Below are positions 42,301-48,916 of a stretch of 64,000 nucleotides of DNA, piece by piece. Each line of letters opens with the position of its first letter. The stretch's first letter is position 1. Where the stretch lies: positions 64,001 through 128,000 of the forward strand of contig OY771506.1 of the NCBI GenBank assembly GCA_963674705.1. Reading direction: 5' to 3'. The notes below the pieces were generated by a model. It was not told the origin of the DNA, did not search any database, and saw nothing but the letters and a program-made list of their open reading frames with translations. This DNA comes from Phycisphaeraceae bacterium (GTDB lineage Bacteria; Planctomycetota; Phycisphaerae; Phycisphaerales; Phycisphaeraceae). The position numbers and the translations under genes were made by a program.

Positions 42301-42582
42301 AAGCGGTGGCAACTCCCCGGCTTCAACAAGCTCCTTCAGGATCGGTGACTCACCCTGTGGTGTTACATCCGAAGGCAGGTGTAACGAGTACGTATTGTTA
42401 GGATCGAATGTGGGATTACGCTGCTCGCGGTAATGACTAGCCACCTCAGGATCGATCTGCGTCGGCTCGTTCTTCACATCGCCGCGAACAAACCACGCAA
42501 TCACACAGATACAAATCACCATCGCAAACGTAACAACCAGGAAGGAGAACACACTCCGAAGTTGCTTTACGACCTGCTTCAT
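39331..42582 (-). CDS. Fusion of family-5 substrate-binding protein and OppB-like permease
   Basis: N-terminal TM; LPPLAERLP..GKYGG, LREGIRWSDG, QLPYID; then permease QLPPGDY, PYVTTAKAKG, LDPRIR in one ORF. Confidence 0.85.
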   Translation of the reverse strand: MKQVVKQLRSVFSFLVVTFAMVICICVIAWFVRGDVKNEPTQIDPEVASHYREQRNPTFDPNNTYSLHLPSDVTPQGESPILKELVEAGELPPLAERLPKKPVVMDTVDEIGKYGGTWLRLAIAPDDVGAVVPFRMAGAYLVRWSPLGYPIEPHIAQSVTPSNGDRVWTIKLREGIRWSDGEPYTADDIMYWWDDEVNNTFVSSNPPSWMVNAGKTGRVKQLDTYTVRVEFDEPYPNFLEVLAGQVAFTDIPEHYLRKYHPDPDIGDEQVIADMMRRYKLPSRSSVYGYVKVWNNPEYPRLWPWVFRTYTSNAPFVFVRNAYYYVVDKHGNQLPYIDQLQFDVLDSKMLALRATKGGVSMQGRHIRFSDYTELMSRADTEGYHVLHWYPATRSAFVINPNLNRRVDPDDPSTKWKARLLDDKRFRQALSLAINRKPIIQAEQAGVGEPSQVAPGPQSRFNYPALSKAYTEYDPQHANELLDELGLDKRDEEGMRTFPDGTRMSFYLDFTQFTGAGPGQFIVDDWAEVGVRATARERARPLFYTEKDSSDFDFNVWSGESDMMPMISPRYFIPMNTESFYAVGWGRWYMNGGYYDSPQSKTIRGSIPVPKDHAMYEAIEAYERATHTPDPAEQIKYMDRMFEIAAENVWSISIATAPPVPFIVSDKVKNVPEVALYGWAFTTPSNAGIETYYFVENNNSPGAIAEIKRAVEHVTPRPDADAGNSVGRLVKLLLFGIVMLVLVMIGWKHPFVWRRLAIMVPTLLVISVVTFTIIQLPPGDYLTTRIMLLQESGDEANLRAIEDLKEVFHYEEPSWKLYCRWMGFYWFTSFEPADEGLLQGNLGRSMETMSPINQVVGDRLLLTMAISIGTILLTWVIALPIGIYSAVRQYSISDYILTVLGFLGMCTPAFLLALVLMVYSGQQGLFSDEFYAQPEWDWPKFIDLLKHIWIPIVVLGIGGTAGMIRIMRANLLDELQKPYVTTAKAKGVRPLKLLIKYPVRLALNPFVSGIGYLFPQIVSGGAIVAMVLALPTVGPLLLSALFNEDMYLAGSMLMVLSLLGVFGTLVSDLLLLWLDPRIRFQGGTR

Positions 42583-42647
42583 GATGATTCACACACTCCA
42601 AGTGTTTACAAATTATCCTAACCGTCACAACCCCGGTTGAATTGAAT

Positions 42648-43979
42648 CTACTCGTCGCGCCACCATTCCAGAACAGAAACCGGTGTCGCCGCTGCGTCGC
42701 TCAGGCCCTCCGAATCCGCCTGCTCGACCTGCTGTAGATAGATGTGCAGTTTACCCGTTTCACGCCACAACACACGGTCGTAACTCGGTTCCCATAATCC
42801 CACCGATTCCTCGGTCAGGTCCGTCAATGCCCACTTCTTCGAAGCAACATCTTCACACGACGCCAGCGTCACCTTGCTGCCGCGCTCCTGGTCGCGATAC
42901 ACCACGTAGACCTGCGCCCCATCTTCACCATCTTTCACCGCAACCTGCGGCCGCGAGATCGGGATGCGCTTCGTCCCCCCGCCGCTCAAGCTGAACGCCT
43001 GCGTGCGGTTGCCGACCTTCTGATGCGACCACTTCTTCCCATCATGGCCGATCAACCAGAACTGCGGCACATTGGAGCCCTCCGGACGGAAGTACGTCGC
43101 GATATAAGGATGCCCCTGTGCATCGGCCGCGATCGATGTCTGGTTTATCAATTCGTGCTTCTGCGGGATGCGCATCGCATACTCACACGTGATTGCGTTG
43201 ATCGGGATCGCATAAGGTTCACCCTTACTGTTTACCCACGTCTGGCCGCCATCATCGCTGCGTGCATATGCCATGTCGTGATTGGTCGCTACGTCCCACG
43301 TCTCGCGCCAGACCCACGCCACGTGCACCGAGCCCTTGGCATCCACAGTCGCCTGCCAGTACGCGTTGCGCTGGCCCTGACCGTCGATCAATACATCGTG
43401 CAGCCGCTGCCAGGTCTGCGACGCCGGGTCGTATCGGTTGATTACCAGGTTGCCGTTGCCCGACGAGCCGTCGCGATACATGAATAGCAGCCGGCCGTCC
43501 GGCAGGTTAAAGAACTGCGGGTACGTCACCTTTTCTTCTGACGCCCCGATCATCACCTGCTTCTCACCCAGCTCAAGCGAGTTGGGCTTGGTGGATTTTG
43601 CGTACCGCAGCGGGTGGCCGTGATGATCCCAGGCGATGTGCAGGTAGCCTTCGCCATCGATCCCGATATTGATCCCGTTGTGTGCGTCCGCCGCGTGCCC
43701 GGTGTATTGCGTGACATGGATCGTCCAGTCATCCGTGCCCAGCTTTCGGCTGGCCAGGACTACGCGCTGCTGGTCGTCGTAATAGCCGACTACCTGTGTG
43801 CCATCATGCGTGGTCACCGAGTTCTGTCGAAAGATCGTGGCGTTGACCGAATTCCGCGCCCAGCCGTCGGCCGCGACCTGCGAGATATGCGTGTCCGCCA
43901 CTGCGCCAGCCGTCACGCAACCCATGCCGACGCCCCATATCGCCAGTGCCGCCAACCATCGCAGGGAGAATATGCGCAT
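42648..43979 (-). CDS. Secreted BNR-4 beta-propeller, rhamnose-glucuronate lyase (PL42, formerly GH145)-like
   Basis: SVNATIFRQNSVTTH, DAHN, WDHHGH, VTYPQF, RNAYWQ, WVWRE..TNHD; resembles the Bacteroides BT3686 family from memory. Confidence 0.72.
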   Translation of the reverse strand: MRIFSLRWLAALAIWGVGMGCVTAGAVADTHISQVAADGWARNSVNATIFRQNSVTTHDGTQVVGYYDDQQRVVLASRKLGTDDWTIHVTQYTGHAADAHNGINIGIDGEGYLHIAWDHHGHPLRYAKSTKPNSLELGEKQVMIGASEEKVTYPQFFNLPDGRLLFMYRDGSSGNGNLVINRYDPASQTWQRLHDVLIDGQGQRNAYWQATVDAKGSVHVAWVWRETWDVATNHDMAYARSDDGGQTWVNSKGEPYAIPINAITCEYAMRIPQKHELINQTSIAADAQGHPYIATYFRPEGSNVPQFWLIGHDGKKWSHQKVGNRTQAFSLSGGGTKRIPISRPQVAVKDGEDGAQVYVVYRDQERGSKVTLASCEDVASKKWALTDLTEESVGLWEPSYDRVLWRETGKLHIYLQQVEQADSEGLSDAAATPVSVLEWWRDE

Positions 43980-44083
43980 GTCCTGATCCTAATCCGATCG
44001 GTGTTGTGGTGCCAGAGGTCCACACGGATACGCCAGAAGGCCGACTCACAGCATGTCCCGGAGATGTATTCCAAGTGGCCGTC

Positions 44084-44136
44084 CGTAACAATTACGTAAG
44101 TTGGGACAATGTAACACAAGCATTGCAGAAATGCAA
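44084..44136 (-). promoter_or_regulatory. Sigma70-like promoter of the minus-strand sugar operon with a downstream palindrome
   Basis: Minus strand TTGCAT(44136-44131)-N17-TACATT(44113-44108) with TGn; palindrome CGTAA-caa-TTACG at 44084-44096. Confidence 0.55.
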
Positions 44137-44428
44137 TTACAATCACAGTATGCAAAGTAACTTCTTTTCTCAGGACGGGACCAGCCAACCCGCTGGCACT
44201 AAATGACCAGCCGATCATTAATTTCATAAATTCATATTAATTAGGTGTTTATTTAATTAAATCGCCGTCCGCACCGCTATGGTGATAAAAATTGTTAGTA
44301 TCTGTTAATTATTTATTTATAAATTATAATGGCTCTCACCTTGCAATTATCCTCGCCGGTGCCTGTTAACTGGGGCAATTCCCAAAATGATGAAATGTAA
44401 CGAATGAACCAAAACAGGAAATATATTC

Positions 44429-44457
44429 TTGACTCATTACCGGTATTGGATTAATAT
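44429..44457 (+). promoter_or_regulatory. Sigma70-like promoter
   Basis: TTGACT-N17-TAATAT downstream of an AT-rich tract. Confidence 0.55.
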
Positions 44458-44674
44458 TACATCAGTAGCGGCCCGCAGCGATGTAAAATCAAATGCATCC
44501 CCCGCACTGTCAAAACCTGGAGGAAGAGAAGGCGAACACCATTCTGGAATTTACATCACGGCTAAGCGCCGTTTATATGAGTTAGCTTTTGTTGATTTGA
44601 AGGTGACCATTCTTCGGTCCACAGATGTCTTTAATCGCTCTTAGTCATCTTAACCCTTTTGGAGGAGAGAATAC

Positions 44675-45484
44675 ATGAAGACCAGTACGAAATTAAGCCT
44701 CGTTTGCAGCATGGCTGTGGGCTTGGCAGGCGCCGCCCAGTCACAGGCTGCGTTTACGCTGCTCGACAACTTCGACAGCTACGACACCTCGACCCAAACC
44801 CTCACGACCCCCGTGACCGGCGGCGTCTGGACCTCGGTGTTCGATGGCACAAACAACTCACACGTCGAAGTCACCGATAAAGGCCAGTCCCTGGCGACCT
44901 ACGGCGGCGCTCCCTGGCGCGGCGCTGAAAGAGACCTGACCGGTACTGACGCGGCCATCCTCGTCGATGAAGTCCAGACCTACTTCTGGCAGGTCTATGC
45001 CGATGCAACCGGCGGCGGCGGGTACGACTTCATGATGGGTCTTTCCCCCAGCATCGACGACATCAACACCAACGACGCCTGGCAGGACTTCAGCGTCATG
45101 CCCTTCGTCAACAACGCCGCCAGCACGCCTTACATCAACGCCGATGCCCCGACCAGCCCCTGGTGGGCGCCGATGGATCCCAATTCGTGGTACAACGTCT
45201 GGCTCGTTATCGACAATGACGCGGCCGACCCGACCTTCGACCTGTACTACTCGGCAGGCTCCGACGCCCCCACCCTCGTCGCCGGCGACGCCAACTGGCG
45301 TAACTTCGCAGCAGGTGTCGACCTCAACGCGATCGGGTTCATGGCCGCAGGCGGCGCCGATAGCCGAATCCTCATCGACAACATCTACTACGCCGCAGGC
45401 GAAGACCTGTCCAACCCCGTACCCGAACCGGCCTCCCTGGTTCTGATGGGCCTGGGCGCGATGGCGATCTTCCGCCGCAAGTAA
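44675..45484 (+). CDS. PEP-CTERM protein consisting only of the module shared with the downstream array
   Basis: Signal peptide (SQA-A), LLDNFDSYD...WRG...TYFWQV...DAWQDFSVMP...WYNVWLVIDN...IDNIY, VPEPASLVLMGLGAMAIFRRK; GGAGG upstream. Confidence 0.88.
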   Translation: MKTSTKLSLVCSMAVGLAGAAQSQAAFTLLDNFDSYDTSTQTLTTPVTGGVWTSVFDGTNNSHVEVTDKGQSLATYGGAPWRGAERDLTGTDAAILVDEVQTYFWQVYADATGGGGYDFMMGLSPSIDDINTNDAWQDFSVMPFVNNAASTPYINADAPTSPWWAPMDPNSWYNVWLVIDNDAADPTFDLYYSAGSDAPTLVAGDANWRNFAAGVDLNAIGFMAAGGADSRILIDNIYYAAGEDLSNPVPEPASLVLMGLGAMAIFRRK

Positions 45485-45512
45485 ATCTCTATTACAAACC
45501 TCTGAACCAACC

Positions 45513-45550
45513 ACACTCGACGGCCCAACCGCCGTCGAGTGTTTTTATTT
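45513..45550 (+). terminator. Rho-independent terminator
   Basis: 12-bp stem ACACTCGACGGC-ccaacc-GCCGTCGAGTGT followed by TTTTATTT. Confidence 0.85.
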
Positions 45551-45988
45551 GCCCCTGATCGTTCGCATCCTCCTGTTCTTGTCATACGTGTTCACTGCGC
45601 CCAAAGCCCCGGCCGTACGACTTATTGCATGAAATACGCTCATGATTTCACTAAATACGACTATTCGTATATAGCCTTTTTACCTGGTGCAAATACGACG
45701 AATATCGTCCGGCTCAAGCTGTTGAATGAGCTATCCCCCACCACATGAGCCGCCGTGCTGCAAGCGATACATGTACGACTTGCCCGACAATCATTAATTG
45801 TTTAAATTATTTATTAACAATTATTTATGCTTAAACAAAACCAAACAACCGCCCTTCCCTGACCCCCAAAATTCTACAACGCCCCCTCAATTCCGCCAAG
45901 GATTCGATAGAGCACCACATGCCGATGGATCTTGGCCACAATACCGCTTGCAATGCAATGAAATGTATGATTACGGTTGTATTTTGTC

Positions 45989-46016
45989 TTGACTGCAACA
46001 CCAATTACAATATACT
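45989..46016 (+). promoter_or_regulatory. Sigma70-like promoter
   Basis: TTGACT-N16-TATACT with CAATTACAA in the spacer. Confidence 0.6.
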
Positions 46017-46024
46017 TACATTAG

Positions 46025-46400
46025 GTGTTCATGGCGTATTCAGGTGTTATCTGAGATAGACCGCCAACGCCTGACCGCTTGGAGCCACAGGCTTAGGACG
46101 CAGGGCGATGTGAAGTGTTGGATCAGGCTCAGTCTAGGCCGGTTCCAAACCGCTCGCGGACGGACAGATTAACCAGGTCAGTGGGAGCACAGACAGACAA
46201 ACACCCAAACGCGGCCTAGAGTTGAATGTCGGGCGTAATCTGATCGATCTTGTCTTACGTGCGACATAACCGGGCGTTTGAGTTCAATAACTGTCTGCCA
46301 CTGAGCATTCTGGATGAGAATGTTTCGTTCATATGGTCTGCGATCACTCGATCTCGGGCCGACACACGGATGATAAAAAACCGAAGCACGCCGCACTTGG
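46025..46400 (+). ncRNA. Candidate structured leader/ncRNA of unknown family
   Basis: No convincing ORF; many nested helices (see findings); lies between the promoter and the prepilin-type gene. Confidence 0.45.
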
Positions 46401-46410
46401 AGATAATCGC

Positions 46411-47283
46411 ATGCGTCGCAAAGCATTCACCCTGATCGAACTTCTGGTCGTGATCTCCATCATCGCGCTATTGGTAGGCATCCTCCTCCCGGCCCTGGGT
46501 GCGGCCCGCTCCAGCGCACGATCCGCCAAGTGCCTGAGCAACGTACGCCAGATGGCCACCGCCAACGCCGCGCGTGCGACGGATAACAATTACGACAATC
46601 CCGGTTACCGTGAGGGAGGAACACAAAACAACATCTGGGTTGTCCAACTTCTTGACTATGGCTTCCAACTTGAAATGAAGCTCTGCCCGGATGCTGATGC
46701 CGTGGATTATGACAACTCCAGACTGAACGCAGGTTCGGGGCGCCGCGTCGGAGCTGCAAACAATGCTTGGGAAGAATCCGATGCACAGATTGCCGCGTCC
46801 GAATTAACCCAAGCCGAACTCGATCAAGTCAGATCCGCAAGCTACGCCATCAACGGATGGAATTACGACACATCCAAGACACCGTCAGGATACCTGGGAT
46901 ATATTGGTTTGAACGTAACCGCCGCAAAAGAACTCTGCTTCCCCAAAGCAGATTCCATGAAAAATCCATCTCAAACGCCTATTTATGGCGATTGTGTCTG
47001 GAGAAACTCATGGCCGCATGATAATACCGCCGGCCTCACCGCCGATACCGGAGCCACAAACGCTCTCATCCCATGGACGACAAGTAATTCCAGCCCCTCC
47101 GGCCTCATGCAATGGCAGATGCGTCGCCACCCCGGTGATAATATCAACCTCACATTCAACGACGGTCACGCCTCCAGCGTACACGTCGACGATCTGGATG
47201 ATCTATCCTGGCATAAAAAATGGAACACCGACATCGAAATCAATAACAAATGGGGCGGCGGCTCCTCCATCCCGTCCAGATGA
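46411..47283 (+). CDS. Prepilin-type N-terminal cleavage/methylation protein with an H-X9-DG C-terminal motif (DUF1559-like)
   Basis: [31 protein letters not shown]...[24 protein letters not shown] before ATG 46411. Confidence 0.9.
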   Translation: MRRKAFTLIELLVVISIIALLVGILLPALGAARSSARSAKCLSNVRQMATANAARATDNNYDNPGYREGGTQNNIWVVQLLDYGFQLEMKLCPDADAVDYDNSRLNAGSGRRVGAANNAWEESDAQIAASELTQAELDQVRSASYAINGWNYDTSKTPSGYLGYIGLNVTAAKELCFPKADSMKNPSQTPIYGDCVWRNSWPHDNTAGLTADTGATNALIPWTTSNSSPSGLMQWQMRRHPGDNINLTFNDGHASSVHVDDLDDLSWHKKWNTDIEINNKWGGGSSIPSR

Positions 47284-47685
47284 TCCCTTGCATCCCCTGA
47301 TCGTTTGAACTCAAACGACCAATAACAAAAAAATGCATACCCTCCTCCAAGGTAAACAGGTACATGGCTCAGCGTCATGTGCCTGTTTTCGTTACAGCCA
47401 CGGGCGTGCTCAATTACATTCCTTGACGCGGCAACAACCCGTATACCATCAAGTTACAAACGGTTTGCATTGTCGCATCCTTCTCCCACCCGAGAAAACA
47501 GGCAATACAACACCATGGTGCAACACGGAGCATATTGCCACGCCATCCGGCCCGCGTGTTCGATATACTTGCCGCAAATACCCTGTGCCCTACATAAACA
47601 TTGGCGTAAGCATCGGATACAAGTAGAATAAACTCGGCGATCAAAACACGTCGACCATTTTAAGAGCCGTAACAGGAGCTAAGAC

Positions 47686-48231
47686 ATGTCTAAGGAACCG
47701 CTCGATTTGCGCGAACCCTACTTCAACACGCTCCGGGATGAGATCAAGGCCACCAAAGCCAGGATCTTCACACTACTGCTTGCCGGTCTCGTCGGCTCGC
47801 CGATCCTGACCTACTTCGTTGTAAACAGCAGTTCATATATCTTTAAACTCGTCGCCCCGCTGCTGGTGTTGCTCGTACTCGTGCTCTACCTCTCCGAACA
47901 GACCATGCTCATGCGCGCCGCACAGTACATCCGCAAGCATGTGGAATCCGACGACGCCGACTGGGAGCGATGGGTCGGCAGCTTCAAGCTCCGCTCCGCA
48001 GAACGCCAACTCTTCGGCATGTTCATCATCGTCGGCCTGTTCCTGTTCACCATCCTTACCATGATCGCCATGAAAGAACTCAAAACGATTGAATACAATC
48101 GCTTCAGCGCCTTCAGCTATGAGTACTTCTTCTGGAAGTACGGCGTGATGGCGTTCTATTGCATCGCCACCGTATGGGCACTGGGTACCCTGGCTCGCTT
48201 CTGGCACGCCGCCACCAGCACGGATGAATAA
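47686..48231 (+). CDS. Hypothetical 4-TM membrane protein, paralog 1
   Basis: AGGAG RBS; LRDEIKATKARIF, TM pair, RAAQYIRKHVE..WE, TM pair. Confidence 0.8.
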   Translation: MSKEPLDLREPYFNTLRDEIKATKARIFTLLLAGLVGSPILTYFVVNSSSYIFKLVAPLLVLLVLVLYLSEQTMLMRAAQYIRKHVESDDADWERWVGSFKLRSAERQLFGMFIIVGLFLFTILTMIAMKELKTIEYNRFSAFSYEYFFWKYGVMAFYCIATVWALGTLARFWHAATSTDE

Positions 48232-48292
48232 GCAGACACAACCATCCTCATGCGCATCGAACAATCAACCAGTAACATCCTGGAAGTCAGCC

Positions 48293-48850
48293 ATGACAAA
48301 AGATCCCCTCGATCTGCGTAAGGATTACTTCGCAACGTTGCGAGATGAAATCAAAGCGACCAAGGCTCGCATCTTCGTGCTGCTCATGACCGGGATCATC
48401 GGCGCACCGGTCCTCACCTACTGCGTCGCCAGCACCGACTACCACATCCTAAAGATGGTCGCACCCCTGGTCCTCCTGCTCTTGCTCGTGCTGTACCTGT
48501 CGGAACAGACCATGCTCATGCGCGCCGCGCAATACATCCGCAAACACGTTGAAACCGACGATACCGATTGGGAACACTGGGTCGGCAGCTTCCATCTCCG
48601 CTCCACCGAACGCCAGCTATTCGCCATGTTTATCGTCGTCGGCCTGTTCCTGTTCACGATCCTGACCATGATCGCCATGAAAGAACTGCGGCAGATCAGC
48701 GATGACTACCCGGGCATCCAGTTCAACAGCTTCTTCAATATCTACTTCTGGAAGTACGGCGTGATGGGCTTCTATATCCTCGCCACCATCTGGGCGCTGG
48801 CAACCCTCGCTCGCTTCTGGCACACCGCCGTTGACACCCACGCCAACTGA
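48293..48850 (+). CDS. Hypothetical 4-TM membrane protein, paralog 2
   Basis: Aligns end to end with 47686..48231 when started at ATG 48293. Confidence 0.8.
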   Translation: MTKDPLDLRKDYFATLRDEIKATKARIFVLLMTGIIGAPVLTYCVASTDYHILKMVAPLVLLLLLVLYLSEQTMLMRAAQYIRKHVETDDTDWEHWVGSFHLRSTERQLFAMFIVVGLFLFTILTMIAMKELRQISDDYPGIQFNSFFNIYFWKYGVMGFYILATIWALATLARFWHTAVDTHAN

Positions 48851-48916
48851 CATATGTATATAGATTGTTGAATCCCAGGCGAGGACCGCTTCAGCGGTCC
48901 GGCTCCAACACCCCGC

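Noticed and set aside
45551..45960. Short ORFs, a GTACGACTT repeat and an AT-rich tract
   Set aside because: No RBS or protein motifs; short repeats are compatible with chance or ordinary promoter-upstream DNA
46333..46410. Longer start for the prepilin gene at 46333
   Set aside because: Prepilin leaders are short; GGAG precedes ATG 46411 (MRRKAF)
47284..47685. Possible structured RNA before the membrane paralogs (GGCAATA/TATTGCC stem)
   Set aside because: Only one or two short stems; not enough to call
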